DNA of 64,000 nucleotides, taken from the human T2T-CHM13v2.0 reference genome, Homo sapiens. The notes under the pieces were generated by a model that saw only the letters and a program-made list of their open reading frames with translations, ran no database searches and was not told the origin of the DNA. Each line of letters starts with the position of its first letter. Position 1 is the first letter of the stretch. Below are positions 48,581-63,332 of this stretch, piece by piece. Made by a program: the position numbers and the translations under genes. The stretch lies in the NCBI RefSeq assembly GCF_009914755.1, contig NC_060934.1. One strand, given 5' to 3'.

Positions 48581-48831
48581 AGGTAGAGAGATTGTTTACA
48601 ATGATGCAAGTATTATAAAAGTAAGTAATATTCCAGAAGAGTAAGATGAACACCTAGAAACCCTTGCAATTTTGAATTCTCTAAAATTAACAGGAAAGTC
48701 AGTTGCCCTTAGAAAGCACACTAGTCTGGAAATTAAGAGGTTTGCGTGTTAGTCTTGGTTCTGCCTTGGGTAGGTCATGTTTCCTCTCTGGCTTGGTCTC
48801 TTCATAGCTAAGACAAAGGGGTTGCTCTAGA

Positions 48832-49092
48832 TCACTATTTCCCAAACCTTAATTTTTGCAGTATCTGTACTTTATTTGCTTAATAGTTTAAATCACCCAA
48901 GGCCTAACATTACTACCAACTTTAGCCTTATCCTAAATAAGAATATCTGTGAAATTGTGGTTTCATTGCAGCAGCTATGATTTGTTAACATAAATTAAAT
49001 ATAACTGTTAAGTAAAAATAAAAATCTATGTACCATTAAAATAACTTCCTATGCCACTAATGGCACATAGTCCATGCTTTAGGAGGTACTGG
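48832..49092. mobile_element. hAT-Charlie-like MER relic (MER113-like)
   Basis: cactatttcccaaacc...ctttaggaggtactg TIR-like ends. Confidence 0.45.
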
Positions 49093-49286
49093 TTTAGACA
49101 TGTTCCTTTCAGCTCTAAGGACTTTAAAATCTTCTCTGGGGAAGTTATGCCCCCTCTTGAGCCATTTAACAAAATGCATTAAATGAATCTTGAATGGGAA
49201 TGATTCAGCATTAGCCTCAGGGAATAGAATGTAACTTAATAAGCCTTCCAGCACCTCTAATGACTGGGATTCCACCCTTTTTATGC

Positions 49287-49480
49287 CTCCCCTCTGAGCG
49301 AGGTGCTGTTTGCACATTCTGCCTTTTCTGCAGCCTCCGCTTTCCTGCAGAGCCCTGTATGTGTCTGCCTGCCCGGATCTCCCCTCTGAGGGCTGTTTAT
49401 GTTTGCACACTCGGCTTGTCCTGTGGACTTGTCTAACTAAGCTCCCCTTTGAGGGCTGTATACTTTGGCACAGTCTGGCT
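49287..49480. repeat. Degenerate ~38-bp repeat, 3-4 copies
   Basis: ctcccctYtgag...gcaca at 49287, 49379 and 49442; a weaker copy at 49341. Confidence 0.7.
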
Positions 49481-50899
49481 CTCCACGGGATTCGTTTGTC
49501 CATTAACACCTCTTGTCTTGCAGTTACAGTAAAGTCTTTGCTGCCCTTGCCTCAAGCAAATAAGCCCACGTGATTCTATACTTAACTATTCTTCTGTGTA
49601 TTTCCATTTATTTTCTATACTTTATATAATGAACATGTATAAAGTTTATAATAAGAAAAGCTATAAATTTTGGTTTTTAAAACTGTGAAGAGGACATTTG
49701 GTTGCAGATGATGGAATAAAGGCATTGTAACTTAATTCTCCTCTTTCGAAACCAATTTGACAACACGAAAATAACGTAAAGCAGCCTTAAGAAGAAGGCC
49801 ATTATCAATGAAGCAAGTAAACAGCCATAATACCAAGCACCATAATTACAAAGCATACTTACTATGTACTGAGCTTGCTTGCTTGAGGTAGAATAAAGAG
49901 TCCTGAAAACTGTCACAGCCTTGAAAGCATACTAAGAACTCTAAAAGGTGGAAGTGGAGAGTGTCTCTATAAAGACTTAGCTCCTCACCACAGAAAAGAC
50001 TGAGTTGAAGAACCCATATTAAACTCCGACTTTTATTATTATTATTATTAATTGACTTTTATTATTTGCCACATGTGCTTCTAGCCAAAAAAGACTGATA
50101 GTGATAAAGAAAGGGGTGAGCTTACCAGATAGCGACACAGAGTCTAGATCTAAGGGAAATTGCTGTGAGCTACACTGACCTCTGGAATGTGGAGAACAGA
50201 AGAGGGATGTACTCCCAGAGCACAGGACATGCAAACTTGGTGGAAGGAAGTATGAACAACAGATCCTAATAGAGATAGTACGCTGCCCCCATTCACATAC
50301 TTCTGCAAATAGATGGCTCGATTCAAAGATGAGTAATAATTAGAATAGGAGAAAGAAAACTGTTTATCTGCTGACACTATTATTGTGTATGTAGAAAATT
50401 CAAAAGAATCTACAAACTATTAGAATTACTAAGTGAATTTTGCAACGTCACTGGATATAAGGTCAACATACAAATGTAAATTTGATCACTATCTACTACC
50501 AACAACTATGAAGAAAATAAAACTTTAAGAAAGATACAACTTCAAAAACATCAAACACCTAGAAATATATCTAATGAAAGTAGGTAAGACCTCTGCCTTG
50601 AAAACTATAAAACCTTAAGGAAAGGAATGAAGAACTCAAAATAAATGAAGGGATTTACCATATTATGGAATGAAAGACTCAATGTTGTAAAGATGTTAAT
50701 TAATCCTAAATTAAACTACAGATTCAATGCAACCTCTGTCAGAATTTCAGCAGGTTCTTGTGTAGACTAATGAGCTGAGTCTAAAATTTATACGGCAATG
50801 CCAAAAGCCAAAAATATCAAAAGTAATCTTGAAGAAAATCAAAGTTGGAAGAGACTTATACCACCAGATATGAAGACTTATTATAAAGCTATAGTAATT

Positions 50900-51293
<394 letters not shown>

Positions 51294-51639
51294 CTATATA
51301 TGATCATCTGATTGATGCCAAAGGCACCAATGCAGTATACTGAGGAAAGGATGATCTTTTTCAATAAATGCTGTTGAGTCAATTGAATATTCATATGGAA
51401 AAATGTTTATTGACTCCTACCTTATCCCATACAATAAAACAATTCCAGATGGACTACAGATCTAAATATGAAAGGTAAAACAAGGAAGATTTTAGAAACA
51501 TAGGAGAACATCTTTGTGATAGTGGAGTACGCAAATATTTACTAAACAAGACACAAAGAATCTTGATCATAAAGAAAAAAATGGATAAACTGGACAATGT
51601 TAAAGTTAAGAATGTGTGTTTATCAAAAGACACCATTGA

Positions 51640-52023
<384 letters not shown>

Positions 52024-52744
52024 TCATTATTAATCACAGCAATATAAAACAAAATCAACACCACTACATGTATCTGAGAATGGCTAAAATGAAAAAAAAA
52101 TCAAGTGTTGACAAGGCTGTGGAAAAACCAAAATTTTCATACACTGCTGGTAGGAATATAAGTTTATACACCTTGGCAGTATCTATTAAAGCCAAATGTA
52201 AACATGTTCTATGATCCTGCTACTCCATCCCTAGGTATACATCCAATAGAAATGTACGTATATGTTTACTAAAAGATGTCTACTAGATGTTCCTAGCAGC
52301 ACTGTGTGTAATGGTTAAAACACTGAAACTCTAAATGTCCATAAACAATAAAATGGATTTATAAATTGTGGTATATTCAAGTGAGATACCATCCCACAAT
52401 GAGAATGAGCAATCCACAACTATACCCAAAAATATGGATGCTTCCCACAAATATAATGTTGAGCGAAAAAATCCAGACACAAAAAATACTCTATGATTCC
52501 ATTTATAGAGTATAAAACTGGCAAAATTATTCCACATCATTTGCAGTCAGGATAGTGGTTACTATTCAGACAGCAATGACTAGAAGGGAGAACATGGGGA
52601 GGGGAATTCTGGGTTGCTAGTAATATTCCGACACTTGATCAGGGAACTGGATACGTGGGCATTTTCAGTCTGTGAACATTCATTGAAAATTCACTTAGGA
52701 TATGTGTACATTTCTATACATGTGTCATGTTTCAACAAAAAGTT

Positions 52745-52978
52745 TTTGAAAACCCTACTTGTTTCCAATATCTCACGAAAGGGAGATTTCACCAAAAAAT
52801 ACATATTTCTGGCTTCTGAAAACATGTGAAGATCTGTTCATAGTGGCTTACTTCTAAGAATCCTCTGGAGCTGAGCAGAGGCCGTACCCTTGAGATAGGG
52901 TATACACCATTCGCTACCCACTTTGCTCATTCATGTTCCCTGTCTAGCCTTTCTAGGCATCTGAGTTTGTGTCCCTGG
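52745..52978 (-). mobile_element. MER102 (hAT-Charlie)
   Basis: gggagatttcacc...atttctggcttct...ggagctgagcagaggc...taggcatctgagtttgtgtccctg. Confidence 0.75.
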
Positions 52979-53008
52979 GAATCGAAGCCTCTCTGTCTGT
53001 TGGTTCTT

Positions 53009-53298
53009 GTTTTTCTTTCGGAGACAGGGTCTCAGTCTGTTGGCCAGGCTGGAGTGCAGTGGCGCAATCTTGCACTGCAACCTCCGCCTCTCAGGTTCAG
53101 GCTATCTCCTGCCTCAGCCTCCTGAGCAGCTGGGATTACAGGCAGCTGCCACCACGCCTGGCTAATTTTTGTATTTTTAGTAGAGATGGGGTTTCACCAT
53201 GTTAGCCAGGCTGGTCTTAAATTCCTGACCTTAAGTGATCCACCTATCTTGGCCTCCCAAAGTGCTGGGATTACAAGCATGAGCCGCTGCACCCGGTC
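53009..53298 (-). mobile_element. AluSz/Sx-like SINE
   Basis: TSD tgtct(g/a)ttggttctt at 52994-53008 and 53300-53314. Confidence 0.95.
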
Positions 53299-53549
53299 TT
53301 GTCTATTGGTTCTTTAACTCAGTTCTGAGTCCCCAGGATAGAGCTCACTTTTTGCCCTGTGTACTCTTTCCTTCTGTCCTCTATTCTCCCCCTGCCCCAA
53401 CTCTACACTCCCACTGTGGTTGTACCTCAGCACACTCTCCAGTCATCTTACCCTGAAGGCTTCTCTCCTGACCTGCGCTAGCACTCATCTGATTATGTCT
53501 ATCCTCACATGCCCCAAGTCCTTCTCACTCTCCCCTTATCTGCTTCCTG

Positions 53550-54080
53550 ATTTCATTAATCCATCCGCTCACTCACCGACCGACAAACATTTATTGACTA
53601 CTTGTTATGTGCCAGACTGTTCAAGAGCAGGTGAAGAGCAGGTGAATGACGGGATAGTCTTTGTCCTGAGGTCCCTACCCTCTGATGAGAAGTAAAGACA
53701 GCCTGGGAGAGTCACTATACAGATAAAGCATTATAAGAATGTGGGAAGTCTGAGATTTATTCTGTCTGGGAGGAGAATGTGGGGGTTCTGGAGAGGCCTT
53801 GTGGAAGAGATGGTTTGTGAGCTGTATTTTTTAAAACTGGCAGCTATTTAGATTTGCAGAGAGTAAAGGAGACTCTTCCAGACAAAGACTGGGTTCTGGG
53901 TTCATGTGGGAAAGAGTATGTATTTCACTGTGCCTGTATGTCCTAAAAGGGAGCAGTGGGAAGTTAGGGTGGAAAATAAGCTGGAGTCAGACCATGGAGA
54001 GTCATGGAGGCCTCACTACAGACTTTACTGTATAGGTAGTGAAGACTATTAAAAGGTTTTTAAAAATAGAGTGCAGAGCC
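53550..54080 (-). mobile_element. L2 3' region
   Basis: acaaacatttattgactacttgttatgtgccagactgttc. Confidence 0.8.
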
Positions 54081-55116
54081 AGGAGTATAAAGAATCTTTC
54101 ATCCATGTTCATCTCTCCTACTCTCTCTGAGTCGCTTAGTTTCCCCCTTAAGCTCAACCTATCATTACTGCCAATCTAATCTCCAAATACCCTTGGAAGT
54201 CTTGTCCTCCAATCAGCACAGCAGATCCTAGATACTGTGAATGATAGGCACCACCCACTGCTTTCTCTCTATTCGTTTCCTGATAAGCCAGGGGTCTCCT
54301 GAAAGTGTGACTGGATGAGCTGGCTTCTCTCAACCAGATTTCATTGTGACAAACAGGCAGGTGGAGGAAGGCGCAAAGCCACACAGTACATGTCTCTGCC
54401 CTGAGATGCACCTCACAGGTGGTCCCATGGCCTGCCACTGCCTTGGGGATCTCCTGATGAACCCTAAGCAGCCTGAGACCAAAGCCCAGTCCTGGCCCCA
54501 TGTAGGCCCCACCTTTCTCTTTGCCACTCAGGCCTTTTTTTCTTCACCGAGTGTATTTTCTTGGTCCACCTCAGCAGGACATTGCCTCCTTTAGATCAGT
54601 CCCACTACAACTGCTTCACAGTTGAACAGCCATTTCCAATGTGCCAAGTACAGTCATGCACTGCATAAAGATGTTTCAGTCAATGATAGACTACATATAC
54701 AATGGTGGACCCAGAAGACTATAATAGAGCTGAAAAATTGCTATTGCCTAATGACATCATAGCCATTGTAATGTAGTGTGACACATTACTCACGTGTTTG
54801 TGGTAATCATGGTAAAAAACAAAACTACTGCACAGCCAGTTGTATAAAAGTATAGCACATATAATTATTATGTATAGTGCATAATATTTGATATGATAAT
54901 AAATGACTTTGTGACTGGTTTATGTATTTATGATACTATAGTTTTCATCATTATTTTAGAATTTACTCCTTTTACTTATTAAAATTTAACAGCCTCAGGC
55001 AGATCCTCCAGGAGGTATTCCAGAAGAAAGCATTGGTATAGGAAGTGAGAGCTCCAGGCCATGGAACTAGACTTTCCAGGGGGACAAGATGTGGAGGTGC
55101 AAGAAAGTGATACTGG

Positions 55117-55261
55117 TTTTTTTTTTTGTTTTTTTTTTTTGTTTTTTTGACACAGAGTCTTGCTCTGTCACCCACACTGGAGTGCAGTGGCATGATCTCG
55201 GCTCACTGCAACATCTGCCTCCAGGGTTCAAGCAATCCTCCTGCCTCAGTCTCCCGAGTAG
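55117..55261 (-). mobile_element. 5'-truncated Alu (part of right arm plus tail)
   Basis: T-tract, then gacacagagtcttgctctgtcaccc...ctcccgagtag. Confidence 0.9.
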
Positions 55262-55513
55262 GAAACTGATGATCTTGTCCCCTTGTAGGCCCAGGCCAAC
55301 GTGTGTGTTTCTGTCTTAGTTTTTAACAATAAACTTCAAAAGGTAAAAAAATTAAAAAGTAAAAAACAGAACAATCTTAAAGAATAAGGATATAAAGAAA
55401 ATTTTGTACAGCTGTTAGGCTAAATATTATTATACAAGCATCAACAAGTTTTAAAAAATTAAAAAGTTTATAAAGTAAAACAGTTACAGTAAGCTAAGGC
55501 TAATTTATTATTA

Positions 55514-55844
<331 letters not shown>

Positions 55845-56395
55845 AAAGAAAAACTTTTAAATAACTTTAGTGTAGTGTAAGTATACAGTGTTTATAAATT
55901 CAGTAGTGTATAGTAATGTCTTAGTCCATCTCATTCACTCAACACTCATTCATTGACTCATCCAGAGCAGTTGCCAGTCCTGCAAGCTCCATTCATGGTA
56001 ATTGCTCTATACAGGTGTACCATTTTTTAATCTTTTATACCATATTTTTCCCGTACCTTTTCTATGTTTTGATATCTGGATACACAAATACTTACCATTA
56101 CATGACAGTTGCCTACAGTATTTAATATGGTCCCATGCTGTACAGGTTTGTAGCCTAGGAGCAATAGGCTATATTACATAGCCTAGACATGTGGTAGGCT
56201 ATCCCTTATAGGTTTGCATAAATACACACTATGATGTTCACACAAACAATGCAATTGCTAACAACGCATTTCTTAGAATATATTCTTAATGTTGAGTGAT
56301 ACATGACTCTACTCAATCCTGTTGGATCCTCACAGACAGCCTCTGAGAGCATGGAAAGGCAGAGATCAGGTCTTCTGACTTAAAATCTGCTGGTT

Positions 56396-56759
<364 letters not shown>

Positions 56760-56979
56760 CTATGTACAAATTTCTCTTGAGGATTAGTTACTTTTTTATT
56801 CTTTTTTTATTTGGATGGGTTGATTTTTTTATTTGGATGATTTTACAAGAGGTTTGATACAGCAAATCTGATGTTAGGATAATCTTCCTTGAGCCAGGTG
56901 TCACACAAATGGTTCCTGGGGCTCTGGCTTAAAAAACAAACAAACAAACAAACCCAAAAAATCTTTTCAAAGATATATG

Positions 56980-57553
56980 TGTTCCTCAAAAGGTTACACA
57001 CAGAGTTACCATATGACCTAGCCGTTTCACTCTTAGATATATACCCAAGATGAATGAAAACATGTATACACACAAAAACTTGTACACAAATGTTCATAAT
57101 AGTTAAAAAGTGGACATAATTCAAATGTCCATTAACTGATGGGTGGATAAATAAAACATGGTATATCCATGTAGTGGAACATTATTCTATAATAAGAAAA
57201 TGAAGTATAAGCACACATTGCAACATGGATGAACCTTGAAGACATTATGCTAAGTCAAAGAACCTAGTTACAAAAGACCATATCTTGTATGATTTAATAC
57301 ATAAGAAATGTCCAGAATAGGTAATTCTATAGAGACAGAAATTGTATTAGTGATTACTTAGGGCTGGGAGGGTTGGGGGCGTACCGGTAGTGAGTGCTCA
57401 TAATTATGAGGTTTCTTCTTGGGTAATGAAAATGTACAAAAAGTGATTATTGTACAATTCTGTAACTATGCTAAACACCATTGCATTGTATCCTTTAAAT
57501 GGGTAAATTGTAGCTCATGTAAGTTATATGTCAAATAAAGCCATTATAAAAAA
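56980..57553 (+). mobile_element. L1MB-type 3' fragment
   Basis: gttcctcaaaaggttacacacagagttaccatatgacc...gaaccttgaagacattatgctaagt...aataaagcc. Confidence 0.9.
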
Positions 57554-57569
57554 GATGCATGTTCCTTAA

Positions 57570-57800
57570 GCAACACTTAGAAAATAAAGAAATATACAAA
57601 GAAGAAACAACTTACCCATTATTTTACTACTCAGAGATAACCACATTTGACATTTTTGCTATACTTTCTTCTTATTTTTTTTTCTGTATATCCACATGCA
57701 CATGTGTGTGTGGCTGCACAAACATACACAACTAGGGTCATTTTCAATATTCAAGATCGTAGTCTGCTTGTTTGGCTTAGTGTGAATCATAGCACTTTCC
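57570..57800 (-). mobile_element. L1ME4-like fragment
   Basis: ctactcagagataaccacatttgacattttt. Confidence 0.55.
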
Positions 57801-57809
57801 ACAAATGTT

Positions 57810-57985
57810 ATAAGCAGGGGTCCTGGGGTCAGACAGGATTCCTGGGTAGGAACCTTGCTTCTGCCCCTGGCATACTACGAGGGCTGGAGAAACTCTTTAA
57901 TCTTTCTAACCTCCAGTTTCTGTAACTGTAAAATGGAAATGATGTCACCTACTTTCCATGCCTGTCAAGAAGATGAAACGCAAAG
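57810..57985 (+). mobile_element. MIR
   Basis: ggggtcagacaggattcctggg...ctccagtttctgtaactgtaaaatggaaatga. Confidence 0.65.
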
Positions 57986-58169
57986 TTCAATAAGTGCTAT
58001 TTTCCTTTGTCCCTCCCAGCCCTCCTCCCTTTAGTGAGAGCTGGTTTGTTTCCCTCAGTTGCAAGGCAGACTGCTCTTACCAGTAGCCAGCCACAATGTA
58101 CTAAAACCTAGCTAGTGCTGTTGTCCCCACTCTCTGCCTTTGTTTAAATGAAAGTGTTACCTCTTTCCC

Positions 58170-58390
58170 AGGAGTATGAAGCACAGAGGTTGAGAGCGTA
58201 GGCTCTAGATCCAAACCTTCTGGGCCAAATTCTGTCTTTGCCATTAACTTGAGCAAGTTCCTTTACTCTCTGTGACTCATTTTCCTCATCTTTAAATATG
58301 TGTAATAGTAGTACTAAATTTATAGGCATTTTTTTGAGGATGAAGTGTGGTATTATTTGCAGAGAACATGGCACATTGTTAACTATTGTT
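58170..58390 (+). mobile_element. MIR
   Basis: gaggttgagagcgtaggctctag...ttgagcaagttcctttactctctgtgactcattttcctcatc. Confidence 0.8.
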
Positions 58391-58699
58391 GCAATTTCTT
58401 TATGTAGTATTCTATGTTCTTCTTTCAAATTTTTAGTTGTCCAGTAATTTGTTAAGTTCCAAACTTACAGTATTTCTTGTATACAATCTGAAGCAGAATT
58501 TTGTGGCTGCAAACTCATAATGGTTACTCATCCACATCCACTAGTTCACAGCACAAAGCAATTTTTGTTTGGCAAATTGAGTAGTTAAAAATATTGTTTC
58601 CATTAATTTTACTACCTACGTACCTCCTGGAGGCAGGGCAAGGCAGTTTAGTTAAACTAAACCAAACAAACATTTTAGGGGGTTTATAAATGAGTACTT

Positions 58700-58837
58700 A
58701 TTTGTAGTTGTTCTAAATCATCTCAGCCAGATGGCCATGTTTTAAATATTTCCAAGGAAGAAAATTTTGCAAGCTTTCTCAACAACCTGTCTTAATGTTT
58801 CCAACCATCATTGAAAGTTCTTCTGAAAATCTAATTC
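58700..58837 (-). mobile_element. CR1/L3 3' fragment
   Basis: aaatatttccaaggaag...caacctgtcttaatgtt...ttgaaagttcttctgaaaatctaat resembles antisense L3. Confidence 0.5.
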
Positions 58838-58943
58838 TGGGGTGACTCTACAATTTATCATCCAAACCAGGATGGGACAAAATCCAAACTGGGACAATTC
58901 TGGACAAACTAGGACACACAGACATCATCCTGTATGGTCACTT
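58838..58943. mobile_element. MER81-like (hAT-Blackjack)
   Basis: ggggtgactctacaatttatcatccaaaccagga...gtatggtcac. Confidence 0.7.
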
Positions 58944-59116
58944 GTCCTGTTCTGAGTGTTGTCCACATTATATTACTTGGTACTTAGCAGAAAAGAACAA
59001 CTGGTTCCCATGGTCTACATAACAACCTTATATTCTTAAGCTTTTACTTTTTTGTCAATTTGTGGAATGAGGGAAAAAGAAACAGAAACCCAAGCAGACA
59101 GACAAAACTTGAAGAA

Positions 59117-59692
59117 TTTTTTTTTTTTTTAATTTTACTTTAAGTTCCAGGATACATGCGCAGAACATGCAGGTTTGCTACATAGGTATACATGTGCCAT
59201 GGTGGTTTGCTGTACCTATCAACCCGTCATCTAGGTTTTAAGCCCCACATGCATTAGCTATTTGTCCTAATGCTCTCACTCCCCTTGTCCCCCACCCCCT
59301 GACAGGGCCCGGAGTGTGTTTGTTCCCCTCCCTGTGTCCATGTGTTCTCATTGTCCGACTCCCACTTATGAATGAGAACATGCGGTGTTTGGTTTTCTGC
59401 TCCTGGGTTAGTTTGCTGAGGATGATGGCTTCCAGCTTCATCCATGTCCTTGCAAAGGACATGATCTCATTCTTTTTTATGGTTGCACAATATTCCATGG
59501 TGCATATGTACCACATTTTCTTTATCCAGTCTATCTTTGGTGGGCATTTGGGTTGATGCCATGTCTTTGTTATTGTAACTAACGCTGCAGTAAACATACG
59601 TGTGCATGCGTCTTTATAGTAGAATGATTTATATTCCTTTGGGTATACACCCAGTAATGGGATTGCTGGGTCAAATGGTTTCTGGTTCTAGA
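59117..59692 (-). mobile_element. 5'-truncated L1PA8-like LINE-1
   Basis: ORF 59238-59597 is the ORF2 C-terminus; 3'UTR aacccgtcatctaggttttaagccccacatgc; TSD aaaactt(g)gaagaattt starting at 59104 and 59693. Confidence 0.93.
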
Positions 59693-60059
59693 AAAACTTG
59701 GAAGAATTTATTCCTTGTCCTTGATGATGATACTTACAGAACACTTAATAGGTATACTAGGTGAGTGTCTTAAAGTATTGTTTTATTAAATCTTCATAAA
59801 AACCTGTATCATCATCATCATCATCATCATTATTGTTGTTTTGCCGATGAAGAAATGGGTCACCAAGAGGTAGAGAGAGAGAGAGAGCATATCAGCCAAG
59901 GCTCTACAGCCAGGATCTTCCCAAAGAAGAAGTCCAGAGGCTGTGTTCTTAGCCAACATGCTCCCCTCCAGGCCTCCTGCAAGATCCTGGCAAGACAAGA
60001 CCTTTTGCTGCAGTGCCCAGCCCAGACTGGCTATCCCTACAATACTGTGTTACAATAAA

Positions 60060-60265
60060 AATACTTCAGAACACTTCAAATGTGTGAAATATACATTCTC
60101 TTCTTGAATCCTCACAACCCTGTGAGGCGGTTAGTGAAGGTTATCATTCTTCTTATTTAATACATAAAGAAAATTGAGGCTCAGGAAGGAAACGTAAGCT
60201 ATATAGAGAAAAGGTGGCATAGCTAGGATGATGACCTAGGACTTGGCTCTGACTGCTCTTTTCAC
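60060..60265 (-). mobile_element. MIR
   Basis: gaatcctcacaaccctgtgagg...agaaaattgaggctcagga. Confidence 0.75.
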
Positions 60266-60999
60266 AAACTGCTAATGACTTAACATGTGATCTTCTTCGT
60301 GGGTATTTCCATTTTAACTGAGTTGTTTTGGAAAGGCAAAGCCTACCACAAGGGATGATCTTTGAACAGGGGGATTTTGGCCACCATTGCACATGCACGG
60401 GAGGCATTTGGGGATGGAGAACCTTTCTAGTGGCCTTCAAGCTACACCTTTTATGTAAGTTCCTTACCTGTTCTCTAGAAGGCCACGCTAAAGACCTAGG
60501 GACACAGAAGCAACCATGGCTTTTTAAAAGTCAAATTTATTTTCATAGCATGTAGATTTTCTGCCCATTTTCTCCAAGACTTTGTGCGAAGGCAGCACAA
60601 CATCAGGCCATCAGTAACCTGCCCATGTGCCCAGGGAAGGTGTGAGACAGCATGAGCTGGAGAGCTGGGGAAAACTTGCCCCTGAACACAATGTGCTTAT
60701 GTTTGAGAACTGGGTTCATTTCTCCACTTCCTAAGGTGGGACACAGAAGGGTTTGAGTTAGAGGCTCTCCTATGGAAGGGGAGGTGACTTAGTTCCTGTT
60801 ACTCCAGATGGAAGAGTAATAACGAAAAGAAAAATGGGTGAGAATTATAGAAGGTCAAATTCTTCTCAATAAAAGATATTTTTCCCCTCATTACCATAAT
60901 CTTTTACTAGACTTAGCTGCCCAAGGAAGTAGTGAGTTCTACATGGCTAACTGTACTCAAACACTCGTAGATGACTTGCTTCTCAGGAAGGGGATAAGG

Positions 61000-61148
61000 T
61001 AGTCTGCAGTGCACAGATATCTCTTGGGGAGCTTGTGAAATGCAGATTCCTAAGTCATATCCCAGAAATTATGATTCCCAGGAAGCTGCATTTTTTATAA
61101 GCTTCCCCACTGACTCTGACACAGGTAGCCCAAGCAACACAGTGGTAA
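61000..61148. mobile_element. MER5-family fragment
   Basis: ggggagcttgtgaaatgcagattcc...cccaggaagctgcattttttataagcttcccc. Confidence 0.7.
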
Positions 61149-62179
61149 AGGGATTCCTATTGTAGTGTGAGACAGGGTGAGGTGTAAGGCAGGGATGAAG
61201 GAAGAGAGAGAAGGGCTCACATACATCCCTTCTGAGCTGAACCAGATGGTTGGGTGAACTTTACTCTTTTAGTCTCTCTAATATTAATCTTCTTTTTGGA
61301 TGTTTATTCCTTGGTTTCCTGACAGAGAATGCTTGAGTGACATATGAGGTGAGAGATTTGGGGTGTAATAATACCATGTCATGGAAACACTCATAAAGCC
61401 ATGACCCCATGGCATATGAATTCTATGTGGGGTTTGCACAGGTATTAAATGTTTTGTGGTTGGCTTTTGGAAGCCTGCTCTATCCTGTCACCGGGATTTC
61501 TAAGCTGGCCTGGAGGGAAGCAGGCCTGCAGCTTCCTGGTGTTTGGAGCAGATGGGAAAAGAGTCTGAAATATTCCTTGTCATCACCTCCAGCTGACAGA
61601 CCACAGGCAAAGGAGGCAACAGGGAAAAGTCCGACCAGCTGATACGGGAGAAAAGAGGAATCAATGGTGATGCCTTGTGAATATTTCCTTCGTGTTTCTC
61701 TACAAATGGATGGTGTATGTGTGTGTGTGTGTGTATACATGTAAGTGTACCAAATTGTGTAGCACTTGCCTCTGACTGGAGACAGTAATAAATCAGGGGT
61801 TACAAAACCACCACTAGCTACCTCCTGCAGGCCCTGTCAAAGAAACAGGCCTTTGTGAACACAGCTGAGCCGGCAGGATCCCCAGTACTGTGGCCCCACC
61901 TCATGGGATAAAAATCACACATCTGGGATCAAGCATGCCAGATGTGCAAAGGGCTAACATGGAAAAGACACTGCTGGGAAGACCACATAGCTCTCAAAAA
62001 CATTAGTGCAGGGTTCAATGGGTTTTGTAACCTTAGTCACCATAATGCTTTTATCAGACTTAGGTAGCAGACTTTCTACTGTGCCCTGATTCTTTGCCTC
62101 AGCATGTCAAGAAGGATGCAGAAGAACTAAACTCTTTAGAAGAAATCCTGTTGACCCTGCTGAGACAGTGACAGTAAAG

Positions 62180-62400
62180 CTCCAGAAGCAAAATGAGTCC
62201 CGGGTGAAGTCCTTAGTTTAAAATCAATTTAAGTGTATGATCCCGAGCAAGTTACTTTAACTTCTATATAACTTGCAATTGTTAATCTATAAAAATGGGA
62301 AATGGCCATATCTACTTCATAGGTCTGTTGTGGGGATTCAGTGAGATGGCACCAAGAAAGCCCCTAGGTCAGGGACTGGCACATTTCAGGAGCCATGGCT
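62180..62400 (+). mobile_element. MIR
   Basis: gagcaagttactttaacttct...ctataaaaatgggaa...ctacttcataggtctgttgtggggattcagtgagat. Confidence 0.75.
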
Positions 62401-62854
62401 GAAGGTGGGGATGAATACTGCTCTAGGAGGGATGGGTAGACAAAGGGAGATAACTTCCTGTCGGCCAAGCCCCAGAAGTCTGTGGGCATAGAACAGTCTC
62501 AAGATTGTCCTTTAAGGTTCTCAGGTTACTGGGGCTTCTGGGAGAAGTGTGGCCTTGTTATCTTCTTTGAAACCCTGGTTGACTTCTCTTTCTCTCTAGG
62601 TCCAACAACTCCTTTCTCTGCCTTGAGGTTCTCTTATACATCTTTCCTTTCCGGGCTTCAGGTTCTTTCCCCTCAACCCCACCCTGGCAGCCTAGCCACA
62701 CCAGGATGTTTTTCCTTAGAGCAGCAGTGACATGGGACTTGAAGATTAATGAGTCACTCAAGGTTTCCACCCAGCTAAGGAAGACAGAGAATTCCTAATT
62801 CCTGGCAATCTACTCATTGCTTTTGTGAGTTTTAAATTAAAAATAGGTAAGACT

Positions 62855-63332
<478 letters not shown>

